In this document: piece by piece, positions 9,584-18,415 of the stretch
Layout of the letters: each line of letters opens with the position of its first letter
Numbering within the stretch: the stretch's first letter is position 1
From: an uncultured Candidatus Peribacteria bacterium
GTDB taxonomy: Bacteria; Patescibacteriota; Gracilibacteria; Peribacterales; Peribacteraceae
Reading direction: 5' to 3'
Length of the DNA stretch: 64,000 bases
NCBI GenBank assembly: GCA_964608325.1
Contig: CAZSMX010000006.1
Coordinates: 1,426-65,425 of the forward strand
Position numbers and translations under genes: made by a program
Notes under the pieces: generated by a model
Databases searched by the model: none
The model's input: only the letters and a program-made list of their open reading frames with translations
What the model was told of the DNA's origin: nothing

Positions 9584-12577
9584 TTAGGACGGATTGCGGG
9601 AAGTAAGATCCCGATAGTCGTAATTTGCCATTCCCCGAAGGGCTTGGATCAGTTCGGGCTTTTTCCTGTATCCGCTCCATAAGACCCAAATCGGGTCGCT
9701 TTTGTCCGGCCATGTCGCCGGGTCCTCCGTCATCTCGGAAAAGGCTTTTTCGGCCCTCGCTCCCTCGTACCATTCATGCGGTTTCAGTTCCGTTCTCTCA
9801 ACGTCCGGCCTGTTTTTTGCATAGAATTCCCAGAGGGCGAATGCGTCATCCGATACGCGCTTGCGGTCCGATGTCAGCCACAGGCCGCGTGTTGTGGCCA
9901 GCTCCATGGCGATGTCGTACATCACCGGTCCGATGCCGCCCGTGGCGCTGGAAGATTCCACGACCATCACTTGGGAATTCGGGATCCGCTGGCAATCGAT
10001 CATTCCTTTTACTTCTCCGTCGAAAGCAATCGTGATGCGCTGATCGCTATCGGTTACTTTTATGTTGGTATTCTTCAAGGAAAGCAATTTTTCCAACGTC
10101 GTGCGCTTTTTGGGCGCTACTTCGACCGCGGAGTCACCGGATTGCGCTTCTTTCTGATGTACCGCCGTTTCCTTGTTCGTCTCGGCATCGCCATCGGGGC
10201 TTGCCTCGGGTACATCAGGAAGCGCAGCCGCCTTCGCGAACGCCGCTTCGAATTCCGCCTTCGTCTTCTTCAGTCCGTCGAGTTCCTCGAAGATCTGCTT
10301 CAGCTCGGTGTCCCCGACCTTGTTCTTTTTCAGGAGCGCGGCGGGATCGGCGGAAGACAGGAGGTCTTCCACGTGGATGCCTCCGCTCAATTTGTGCACG
10401 TTCATCCGTCCCAGGTTCGCCTTGTTCACCAGCTGGGACAGGCCATGGAGTTCCGCATCCGGCGCGCTGCGCAGCTTCCTCAGAAGGCCGCTCATTCCCT
10501 GCTGGCCGAATTCCGCGAAACTGAGTCCGAAGAACATCGCGTTGCTCTGCAGGTTCTCGATGAATTCGCCGCCCTTGATGGTGGTGTCGAGCGTGGTTCC
10601 GACCAAGAGGTCCGCCGTGCCTTCGCCCGTCGCGCCGATGAGGCGCGTAGCTAGGCTCGACGCGTCGTCGAGGGAACCCAAGAGCTTCGCGCCGCCGGCC
10701 TTGCCCGCGATGCTGAAGATCTTCGAGAGTCCGCCCGCCTGTTGTAGCAGTCCCGCGCGCGATAGTTGGAACGCCGCGCGTCCCGCCGAGATGTAGCGTG
10801 CCGCGCCCATCGTCGCGGTGTTCACCGCGAAGTCTTTTCCGTATGTCTTGAATGCGTCTTCCAAATTGTCGAATCCCTGCTGGTTGATCACCGCGTTGAC
10901 GCCCGTCATTGCCGCGCCTCCCGCAAGGGCTGCCGCGACGACGCCGAGTCCTCCGGTCGCGATACCGACGGCGATACCCGCGGCGATCATGGCCGCGATC
11001 TTGGCGCCGATCGCCACGTAGCTCCACGTCTTGTCGGACACGTCGTATCCGTATCCCTGGATGTCCGCCAGCAGTTGCCATGCTTCCACCTGCATCGGGT
11101 TGAGTCCCGGCTCGCCGATGGTGGCGTTGATTTCATTCAGAGTCGCGGCGCCCCCGATGGTGCCGTCCAGGAAGGTTTCGAATTTCACATACGCGCTTTC
11201 CAGGAAGGGGATGAAATCCTTGTTGATTTCCCCCTGGATGGTTTCCTGATTGATTCCCGAGCCGCTCATCTGTGCCTCGATGTTGCGCAGGAGGGCGTAC
11301 TGCGCGGAAATCCCGGTGACGTCCGTCGGATTGCCGTTCAGTTGCGCTTCTATCTGCACGATCTGGTCGGTGCGTTGTTCGGGCGGCAGTGACGCGAACT
11401 TCGAGAGGATGGCCCCCTTTTTTTCGGAGACGTAGTTTTTCAGTGGGTTTTTCTCACTCAGGGTTTTTTCGACGTAGCGCATCGCCAGTTCCTCGAATCC
11501 CATGGCGTCCTTCGCCATCGCCTCCGCGAAGTCGATATCGGTGAGGGCGCTGTCGATGGGGGAGCCGCGGTCCGTGAAGAGTTTCGCCAGTTCCATCGCG
11601 TGGCGGCAGAAATCGGCGGCCCTGGCCGGGTCGTTTCCGATGTTGCCCTTTTCTTCCGCCAGTTTTTTCTGGATGGCGGCTTTGCACGTATTGATGAGTT
11701 TTCCGTACGTTTCCTTCAGGCCGCTGCTCTGCCAGTCGTTCCCGTCGATGGAAGACAGCGTCTGCTGCACCCAATCGATCGCTTCTTCCATGGTCATGTT
11801 CGGGATCATTTCGGCAGCCTGCTGCGTCGCCAGGGTCGCGTCGCGCAGTTCCACGTTCTCCTCATCCTCGTTCACGCTCGCCACCAGTTCGGTATAGCGC
11901 TTCGCGCGTTGCAAGTAGAGGGCGCGGAGGTGTTCGTATTCCTTGCCGCCCTTCGGGTCTGCGGACGCCAGCGCCTTCGACAGCTCGCTCAGGTTCCTGC
12001 GGATCGATTGCGCGATGCTTTGCAGAAGGTTTTTTTCCAACTGAGCCTCATTGCTTCCGTCTGCCAGCCATTCGTCCTTGTCCTTCATTTCCTCCAGCAC
12101 GTGCTCCAGGAAGGGGACGTATCCCAAGCTGTCGTGGATGTACGCAACGTGGTATTCCACGTCAGGCGTGATCGCGCTGTCCGCGGCTACTTTTTCCTTG
12201 GCCAGGTAATCGGCAGCCACGCCCGCGAGCCGTTCCGCTTGGAGATCTTTCTTCGCCTCGGCCTTCAACCCCAAGTCGTCCGCGAGCTTATTCATCTTCT
12301 CCCGGTTCGTTTTCACATCCGCGTCCACTCCCGCGGTCGGGAAGCGTTCGCCGTCCAGCCATTTGCCGACCGGTTCCGAATTATTCCTCCACTGCCATGT
12401 GTTTCCGTTCTTGCGGAACTCCACGTTCGTGATCTCCGTTCCGTTGAATCCCGCGCCGAGTCGCAATTCTTTTTTCCACACGCCGTCCTTTTGGACGAGG
12501 CCGGCTTGCTCCAGTTTTTGGGCGTCCGCGTCCGTATTGTTTTGGTCGGGCCGTTCCTGGAATGATTCGGGTGACAT
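9584..12577 (-). CDS. giant hypothetical protein (997 aa): helical N-terminal region, Ala/Gly-rich hydrophobic hairpin, GNAT-like C-terminal domain
   Basis: Uninterrupted 2994-nt ORF whose antisense ORFs are low-complexity noise. Residues ~518-565 (YVAIGAKIAAMIAAGIAVGIATGGLGVVAAALAGGAAMTGV) form a glycine-zipper-like hydrophobic segment. Residues ~868-905 (QVMVVESSSATGGIGPVMYDIAMELATTRGLWLTSD) resemble GNAT motif A. No signal peptide was seen. Confidence 0.8.
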   Translation of the reverse strand: MSPESFQERPDQNNTDADAQKLEQAGLVQKDGVWKKELRLGAGFNGTEITNVEFRKNGNTWQWRNNSEPVGKWLDGERFPTAGVDADVKTNREKMNKLADDLGLKAEAKKDLQAERLAGVAADYLAKEKVAADSAITPDVEYHVAYIHDSLGYVPFLEHVLEEMKDKDEWLADGSNEAQLEKNLLQSIAQSIRRNLSELSKALASADPKGGKEYEHLRALYLQRAKRYTELVASVNEDEENVELRDATLATQQAAEMIPNMTMEEAIDWVQQTLSSIDGNDWQSSGLKETYGKLINTCKAAIQKKLAEEKGNIGNDPARAADFCRHAMELAKLFTDRGSPIDSALTDIDFAEAMAKDAMGFEELAMRYVEKTLSEKNPLKNYVSEKKGAILSKFASLPPEQRTDQIVQIEAQLNGNPTDVTGISAQYALLRNIEAQMSGSGINQETIQGEINKDFIPFLESAYVKFETFLDGTIGGAATLNEINATIGEPGLNPMQVEAWQLLADIQGYGYDVSDKTWSYVAIGAKIAAMIAAGIAVGIATGGLGVVAAALAGGAAMTGVNAVINQQGFDNLEDAFKTYGKDFAVNTATMGAARYISAGRAAFQLSRAGLLQQAGGLSKIFSIAGKAGGAKLLGSLDDASSLATRLIGATGEGTADLLVGTTLDTTIKGGEFIENLQSNAMFFGLSFAEFGQQGMSGLLRKLRSAPDAELHGLSQLVNKANLGRMNVHKLSGGIHVEDLLSSADPAALLKKNKVGDTELKQIFEELDGLKKTKAEFEAAFAKAAALPDVPEASPDGDAETNKETAVHQKEAQSGDSAVEVAPKKRTTLEKLLSLKNTNIKVTDSDQRITIAFDGEVKGMIDCQRIPNSQVMVVESSSATGGIGPVMYDIAMELATTRGLWLTSDRKRVSDDAFALWEFYAKNRPDVERTELKPHEWYEGARAEKAFSEMTEDPATWPDKSDPIWVLWSGYRKKPELIQALRGMANYDYRDLTSRNPS

Positions 12578-12580
12578 GGG

Positions 12581-13216
12581 TTAATTCGAAGCGGTATCGC
12601 CTTCGTTTTCTTTCTCCTCGCGCCTGCTCGCATTCCTCGCGACGATGTCGGAAATGCTCGGGATCGGTCTGTCCGATGCCTTCCAATCCACGTCGATGTC
12701 CGGCAGCGCGGGAAGTACGTCGATAGCTTCCTCTTCTTCTTTTTGCACGGCGTCCAGACGGTATATGGAATTTTTCGTCCGCACGTACGCGTTGCCATAC
12801 TGGTCCATGAGACACTGCGTCACCGGGCTCGTTGCTCCCGCTCCTTCATTCAGCGAAAGCGATTCGCCCAGGGCCACGTCCTCGTCCATTTCCCCCCAAT
12901 CAGACATCTTGGCGCGGACGGTGTTCGTCTGCGGATCGACCTTCGACAGTCCGACGATGCTGCCTTTTTGAAAAGGGAATTCCGCAGGATCCACTTCCAC
13001 CAATGTCGGCGACTCCCGCCCGTCGGCCGTCGGGTCGCCTTCCCTGATGACCTTCATCATCTTTTTCCGATCGTCTCCGAGCATCCTGGCCATTCGTTTG
13101 ATCATCTTCAGGAAACGGCGGCGACTGTCGTCTTCGTTACGTTCCTCCGGTTGCCGCGCTTCAGGCTGCACGCCTTCGTTTTCATGTTCTTCCCGCTGTT
13201 GTTTGTTTTCTGCCAT
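12581..13216 (-). CDS. hypothetical protein with highly charged N- and C-terminal tails (211 aa from ATG 13216)
   Basis: ORF 12581..13261. The internal ATG at 13216 is preferred because it avoids overlap with the upstream gene. Only 3 nt separate it from the 997-aa gene. Confidence 0.6.
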   Translation of the reverse strand: MAENKQQREEHENEGVQPEARQPEERNEDDSRRRFLKMIKRMARMLGDDRKKMMKVIREGDPTADGRESPTLVEVDPAEFPFQKGSIVGLSKVDPQTNTVRAKMSDWGEMDEDVALGESLSLNEGAGATSPVTQCLMDQYGNAYVRTKNSIYRLDAVQKEEEEAIDVLPALPDIDVDWKASDRPIPSISDIVARNASRREEKENEGDTASN

Positions 13217-13224
13217 AGGATATT

Positions 13225-14340
13225 TTAGGGTAAAAGGACGCCGCCGAAGTGCTGGACCCACAGGCCCCCGAACACTCCGATGCCAATGTCCGAATAATCA
13301 GGATTGAGAATCGCTTCCTTGTGGGAAGGGGATTTCATCCACGCCGTCACCACTTCCTCCGCCGTCTTCTGTCCGCGCGCGATATTCTCGCCGAACGTGT
13401 ATCCCTTGATGCATCCGCAATCGCGGGAGAACGAGCGGTCGTAGTAACCCGTCGCCCCGACGCGGTCCTTCAGCGTCTTGCCGTCCGGGCTCACATGCCC
13501 GAAGAATCCCTGTTCCGCCATGTCGATGGCGTACTGCTGGGCGGAGCCCTCCAAGTAGACGTTGTAGGTGAGGGGTTTGATTCCTTCCTTTCTGCGGATG
13601 TCATTCACGCGGTCGATGATTTGCGTGCGTATTTCCGGAAGCGTCAGGAGAATCGACGGCGCTTCCTCTGCTGCCGGGGCCGCGTGCGCAGATCCGGGCG
13701 GGGGAGTCGTGTCTAGGATCGCGTTCGTCTTGCGCGTGGAAATCACCGAATAAATCGTCAGTCCGCCTTTCGCTTCCTCCTTCGCCAGTTGCTTTTCCAT
13801 CTGGCCTCCCGCTACTCCCTGCGGTACCGATGCCGAGATGAAGCGTTCCATGGCGAATGCTGCTTCCGTTTCCAGCATACGGAGCGTTGGCTGGAGGGAG
13901 TGCGGATTCTTGAGGTCGAAGAGGCGGTACTTCTGCGCGATGCCCGCGTATTTCTTGTACCAGGCGTCATCCGGGATATCCGTGTACAGATACGGGTATT
14001 CCTTCGCGATGCCGAAGGTGAAGGACAGCATTTTCAGGAATTCGGCGCGTGAAACGGAACCCATGGGGCGGAGGTTTCCGTGTTCATCGGGCGACAGGAT
14101 GCCGAACTGCGCCGCCGCAAGCATGGCGCTTTCGTACCAGCTTCCTTTCGGGATATCCCCGAATTGCCCTTTGTTTTCAATGACGGGCAGCGTCGTGCTG
14201 CGTGCCGACAGCAACACGGAAACGAGTTCCGCGCGCGTCACGTAGTTCGTCGCTTCGATATCCGCACTCACCGCCAACGAACGCCCGGCGCCGAGCGCGA
14301 CGATCATCAAGCCTATGAGGGCGAGACGGATACGGGTCAT
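13225..14340 (-). CDS. secreted SLH-repeat protein with C-terminal CAP/SCP (YkwD-like) domain
   Basis: N-terminal signal-like MTRIRLALIGLMIVALGAG. Two SLH-like repeats (FGDIPKGSWYESAMLAAAQFGIL...SRAEFLKML and YTDIPDDAWYKKYAGIAQKY). CAP motifs: FFGHVSPDG, GENIARG, WMKSPSHKEAILNP. Confidence 0.75.
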   Translation of the reverse strand: MTRIRLALIGLMIVALGAGRSLAVSADIEATNYVTRAELVSVLLSARSTTLPVIENKGQFGDIPKGSWYESAMLAAAQFGILSPDEHGNLRPMGSVSRAEFLKMLSFTFGIAKEYPYLYTDIPDDAWYKKYAGIAQKYRLFDLKNPHSLQPTLRMLETEAAFAMERFISASVPQGVAGGQMEKQLAKEEAKGGLTIYSVISTRKTNAILDTTPPPGSAHAAPAAEEAPSILLTLPEIRTQIIDRVNDIRRKEGIKPLTYNVYLEGSAQQYAIDMAEQGFFGHVSPDGKTLKDRVGATGYYDRSFSRDCGCIKGYTFGENIARGQKTAEEVVTAWMKSPSHKEAILNPDYSDIGIGVFGGLWVQHFGGVLLP

Positions 14341-14384
14341 CGAGTGGGAAACGGAGAGGGGAGTGAATGTGAATTTTTCTATCT

Positions 14385-14390
14385 ATTATA
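14385..14390 (-). promoter_or_regulatory. candidate -10 box (TATAAT on the minus strand) for the antisense cassette
   Basis: Plus-strand attata at 14385-14390 lies ~45 nt upstream of the ATG at 14340. The -35 is poor. The leader that follows is G-depleted. Confidence 0.3.
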
Positions 14391-14548
14391 CCTTTTTACG
14401 CCATTTTAGGCCAGGCTCTAGGGAAATACCTCATACTGTATTAAGGCATTGGTCAAGGTCTTTCCCATTCCCGTAAAAACACCAGCAATTTGCCCTTTAC
14501 GGGGTGGGAATCACCGTTTACTATGGCGCCCTCGAACACCCTTTTCCC

Positions 14549-14992
14549 ATGCTTCACAACCTCCGACCAGCATCCGGCTCCCGTCCTTCCAGAAAGCGCA
14601 TTGCCCGCGGTAACAGCGGCGCAGGCGGTACGACCGCAGGACGCGGAACCAAAGGACAGCATTCCCGCACGGGAAAGGGTCGCAAGCACGGCTTTGAAGG
14701 AGGACAGGTTCCGCTGCTCCGCCGCCAGCCGAAGCTCGGCGGTTTCAAGCGCGATCGCCGCAAGGAATACGAAGTCGTGAACCTTTGGTCGTTGGAAGAG
14801 GTCCTTCCGGCCGGAACGTACACGATCGAAGATCTGCGCCAGAAGCGCCTGATCCGCAAGGGAAAGCTCGTGAAGATCCTCGCAGACGGCGAGATCTCCA
14901 AGAAGTTCGTCCTCGAAGCGCATGCCGCTTCGAAGAAGGCCAAGCAGATGCTTGAAAAGGCGGGCGGAACGCTCACCATTCTCCGCGACTAA
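14549..14992 (+). CDS. rplO: 50S ribosomal protein L15
   Basis: MLHNLRPASGSRPSRKRIARGNSGAGGTTAGRGTKGQ matches the L15 N-terminus. The ORF's upstream extension to 14504 is rejected. Confidence 0.95.
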   Translation: MLHNLRPASGSRPSRKRIARGNSGAGGTTAGRGTKGQHSRTGKGRKHGFEGGQVPLLRRQPKLGGFKRDRRKEYEVVNLWSLEEVLPAGTYTIEDLRQKRLIRKGKLVKILADGEISKKFVLEAHAASKKAKQMLEKAGGTLTILRD

Positions 14993-15003
14993 CCCCCACA
15001 GAC

Positions 15004-16287
15004 ATGTTCTCGTACTTGCGACAGATCTGGCATACGAAGGATCTCCGCCGACGCATTTTGATCACGGTCGGACTTCTGGTCGTATACCGTATTACGGCCC
15101 ACACCCCCATCCCGGGCACCGATCCTCTGATTCTCCAGCAGTTCCTGGCATCGCGCGGAGCGGGTGGAATCCTTGGCGTGTTCGCTTCCCTCACGGGAGG
15201 AGCCGTCGACAATTTCTCGATCGCCCTGCTCGGTTTGTCCCCGTATATCAACGCATCCATCGTCATCCAGCTCTGCACCGTTATCTTCCCGAAGCTTGAA
15301 GCCCTCAGTAAAGAGGGTATCCAGGGACAGCAGGCATTGAACCGCTACACGCGCTGGCTCGCGCTGCCGCTCGCATTCGTCCAGAGTTACGGATTCCTGC
15401 TCCTGATCGCCCAGCCGGGCACGGGAACGGGGCTTGTGGATCTGTCCTTCCCGAACGTTCTCCTTCCGATGCTTTTCGCGACGGTCGGTTCGCTGTTCAT
15501 CATGTGGCTGGGCGAGATGATTTCCGAGAAGGGAATCGGCAATGGCATCTCCATGATCATCTTCGCAGGTATCGTTGCCAGCATCCCGACGAACATCGGA
15601 GCCCTCTTCATCGGGGGAACCGGCGTAGGGGGCCAGGCCGTTTTCTTCGGAATCCTGGCCATCGCCATGCTTATCGCCGTTGTGCTCTTCACCGATGCGC
15701 ACCGCCTCGTTCCGCTGACGTACGCCAACCAGGGCGCCGGACGCGGAGTGGCCGGAAACCTCCCGATCCGCCTCAACCAGGCGGGCATGATCCCGATCAT
15801 CTTCGCGGTCTCACTCATCACGCTGCCGGCTATCGCCGCCCAGTTCCTCCAGAATTCGCCGCGCTTCTCTGGAATCGCGTCTTTCATTACGACCCATTTG
15901 AATGCCAATAACCCGGGATGGGCCTACATCGTCGCCTACTTCGTTCTCGTCATCATCTTCACGTACTTCTACGTGTCCGTCACGTTCAAGCCTGCGGACC
16001 TTGCCGAGAGTATCCAGAAGAGAGGAGGATTCATTCCGGGAACGCGCCCGGGTGCCGCCACCGCGAGCATGCTCCAGAAGATCAGCAACCGCCTGAACCT
16101 GTGGGGCGGACTCTTCCTCGGCATCATCGCCATTATCCCGCTCGTGTTCACCAAGTTCACGGCGCTCGGCAGCTCCAGCCTGCTCATCTCCGGCTCCAGC
16201 CTCATCATCGTGGTGGGGGTGGTGATGGAACTCATCCGCCAGATTAACGCGCAGATGCTCGCGCACGATTACGAGAAGTTGGTCTGA
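15004..16287 (+). CDS. secY: preprotein translocase subunit SecY
   Basis: 10-TM protein after rplO, with LGISPYINASIV-like and GGFIPGTRPG motifs. Confidence 0.97.
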   Translation: MFSYLRQIWHTKDLRRRILITVGLLVVYRITAHTPIPGTDPLILQQFLASRGAGGILGVFASLTGGAVDNFSIALLGLSPYINASIVIQLCTVIFPKLEALSKEGIQGQQALNRYTRWLALPLAFVQSYGFLLLIAQPGTGTGLVDLSFPNVLLPMLFATVGSLFIMWLGEMISEKGIGNGISMIIFAGIVASIPTNIGALFIGGTGVGGQAVFFGILAIAMLIAVVLFTDAHRLVPLTYANQGAGRGVAGNLPIRLNQAGMIPIIFAVSLITLPAIAAQFLQNSPRFSGIASFITTHLNANNPGWAYIVAYFVLVIIFTYFYVSVTFKPADLAESIQKRGGFIPGTRPGAATASMLQKISNRLNLWGGLFLGIIAIIPLVFTKFTALGSSSLLISGSSLIIVVGVVMELIRQINAQMLAHDYEKLV

Positions 16288-16528
16288 TATCGTGAAAGAC
16301 AAACCTCCGGTTTTTCTTTCACGGGCTATCTTTTCGGCATGGAGCGTCTCCACTTCGGGCGTAGCCCTCGTTCGACGCGGTTCGTTTGATGATCGTCCAT
16401 ATGGAGTGTCACGGATGATGTGTCACACAACATATTGGATTCGCGAGCAGTTCACCTTTGCCAATGTGAAGCAGATTGTTCTGGACGGAGATAGCCGCGA
16501 CCATTAGTCTCGCGTCTCCCTTCCATTC

Positions 16529-17083
16529 ATGGATCTCTCTCTGTTCGGTATCCAGGGCTGTGGCAAAGGAACGCACGCGAAGATCCTCGCCGCAGAATTC
16601 GATTATGATATTTTCGGCGCGGGATCCCAGCTGCGCAGGGTGGCAGCGCAGGACACGGACGTCGGTCGCATCGTGAAGCAACATACGGATGCGGGAGATC
16701 TCGTTCCCATCGAGATCACGATGGGCATCACCGCCGATTGGCTGAAGGAGCATGCTTCAAGAAAGGTCATTTTCGACGGCATTCCGCGCAGCATGGAACA
16801 GCTCGAGTATTTCAGCAAGATCGTTGAGGACTCCGGCCGCACGCTCATGGGCGTGCATATCGTGCTGAGCGAGGACGCCGCGTTCGACCGCATCATGAAG
16901 CGCGCGTCGGGACGCATCGACGACGCCACGGAGGGGTCCATCCGCCGCCGTCTCCAGATCTTCCGCGAGACGACGATGCCGGTGATCGAGTGGTACCGCG
17001 AGCGCGGCGCGATGGTCGACATAGACGGGGACGGCCCCATCGAGGAGGTCTACGCGAACATCAAAAAAGCGCTGGCACTCTGA
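16529..17083 (+). CDS. adk: adenylate kinase (short form)
   Basis: P-loop GIQGCGKGTHA, DGIPRSMEQ, and synteny after secY. Confidence 0.9.
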   Translation: MDLSLFGIQGCGKGTHAKILAAEFDYDIFGAGSQLRRVAAQDTDVGRIVKQHTDAGDLVPIEITMGITADWLKEHASRKVIFDGIPRSMEQLEYFSKIVEDSGRTLMGVHIVLSEDAAFDRIMKRASGRIDDATEGSIRRRLQIFRETTMPVIEWYRERGAMVDIDGDGPIEEVYANIKKALAL

Positions 17084-17159
17084 GACTTTCGCTTCCGTTA
17101 GCCATTTTAGACGGTAATTTGGCCTCCAAACCGGGTCCGTTTTGCTTTACAATGCCCGC

Positions 17160-17906
17160 ATGTCCCAATGCCAGATTTTCCGGCCCGAAGAAATCGCCAG
17201 CGTCCGCCGCGCGGGCTCCATCCTGAAGGCCTGCCTGGAGATGCTTGCGAAGGAAGTGAAGCCGGGCATCACTACGGTGGAGCTCGACAAGCTCGCGGAG
17301 GACTTCATCCGCCACCATGGTGGGGAGCCTGCGTTCAAGGGCTACCACAATTTCCCGGCTACGCTCTGCACGTCGGTGAACGACGAGTGCGTGCATGGCA
17401 TCCCGAGTATGCGCGTGTTGGAGGAAGGGGACGTCGTGTCATTGGATTGCGGTGTGGTCGTCGACGAACTCTACACGGATGCCTGTATCACGGTGCCCGT
17501 CGGGCAGGTATCCAAGGATGCGCAGCGCTTGCTCACCGTCACGAAACAGGCCTTGGAGGACGCCGTTGCCGTCATCAAAGAAGGGGCGAGGGTAGGCGAT
17601 ATTTCCGCCACCATCCAGAAAACGGTGGAGGGCGGGGGATGCACGCCGGTCCGTTCCCTTACGGGCCACGGTCTCGGACGCACGTTGCACCAATTTCCGG
17701 ATATCCCGAATATCGGCAAGGCACACACCGGAGCCGCGCTCCCGGCTTGGACGGTCATCGCCATCGAACCCATCGTATCGCTCGGCAGCGGGGAAGTACG
17801 TGACGGAGGCGACGGTTGGACGTTGAATATTGCCGACGGATCCTTGGCCGCGCACTTCGAACATACGGTCCTGGTGACCCCGGATGGGTGCGAAGTCTTG
17901 GCATAA
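17160..17906 (+). CDS. map: type I methionine aminopeptidase
   Basis: Metal-ligand blocks (VSLDCG, GHGLGRTLHQ, IAIEP, EHTVLVT). ATG 17160 is preferred over TTG 17142. Confidence 0.95.
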   Translation: MSQCQIFRPEEIASVRRAGSILKACLEMLAKEVKPGITTVELDKLAEDFIRHHGGEPAFKGYHNFPATLCTSVNDECVHGIPSMRVLEEGDVVSLDCGVVVDELYTDACITVPVGQVSKDAQRLLTVTKQALEDAVAVIKEGARVGDISATIQKTVEGGGCTPVRSLTGHGLGRTLHQFPDIPNIGKAHTGAALPAWTVIAIEPIVSLGSGEVRDGGDGWTLNIADGSLAAHFEHTVLVTPDGCEVLA

Positions 17907-18130
17907 GACACAACCCATTGTGAAGCGAGTATATTTGGCAATAAGACATGAATTCCTGTCCAGAACGCATGTCTGGTTTACTTGGTAATTATATATTAAT
18001 AAAACATTTTCAGAATATTGCAATACAAAGTGGCAAATATCCCGTAAAAATGGTCCCCAGGCCTTGCTGGAGGCCTCTTCGCTCTGTAGGATTGCGCGGC
18101 TTTTCGCACCGTTTTTCCCTTTATTCTTCT

Positions 18131-18415
18131 GTGTCCAAGGATGTAATTGAGCTCATGGGTGTGGTGGAAGAAACCTTCCCCAATGCCACCTTCCGCGTCA
18201 AAATTCTGAGTCCTGAAGCGAAAGATCACGAGCTCCACTGTCACCTGGCCGGACGCATGCGCGTCAACCGGGTCCGCATCCTCCCCGGAGACAAGGTAAG
18301 GGTTGAAATGACGCCGTACGATTTGCAAAAGGGACGCATCACGTACAGATTCCGTTCGGATGCACCCCTGGATTCTTCCGGTTCCCCCATTCAGCCTTCC
18401 CAGCCCGCATCATGA
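18131..18415 (+). CDS. infA: translation initiation factor IF-1 with ~20-aa C-terminal extension
   Basis: GTG start gives (M)[22 protein letters not shown]...[26 protein letters not shown]. The upstream part of ORF 17948.. is rejected. Confidence 0.9.
   Translation: MSKDVIELMGVVEETFPNATFRVKILSPEAKDHELHCHLAGRMRVNRVRILPGDKVRVEMTPYDLQKGRITYRFRSDAPLDSSGSPIQPSQPAS

Noticed and set aside
9584-14340. The cassette as a prophage remnant, with the 997-aa protein as a tape-measure protein.
   Set aside because: There are no capsid, tail, terminase, integrase or lysis genes and no att-like repeats, and the composition matches the flanks. The tape-measure resemblance rests only on the hydrophobic Gly/Ala segment. 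It is kept as an alternative in the finding.
14504-14548. N-terminal ORF extensions in the track: rplO from 14504, infA from 17948, dprA from 29285, ligA to 47679, membrane gene to 37089, typA from 60059, and others.
   Set aside because: The extensions lack similarity to the families' N-termini. Several overlap tRNA genes (29285-29311, 37060-37089). Internal starts reproduce canonical N-termini.
16292-16507. 71-codon plus-strand ORF filling the unusual 240-nt secY-adk gap.
   Set aside because: It has a GTG start inside a hairpin and no recognisable motif, its composition is not clearly coding, and a minus-strand ORF of similar quality overlaps it. It is left unannotated, though the gap itself is longer than usual.
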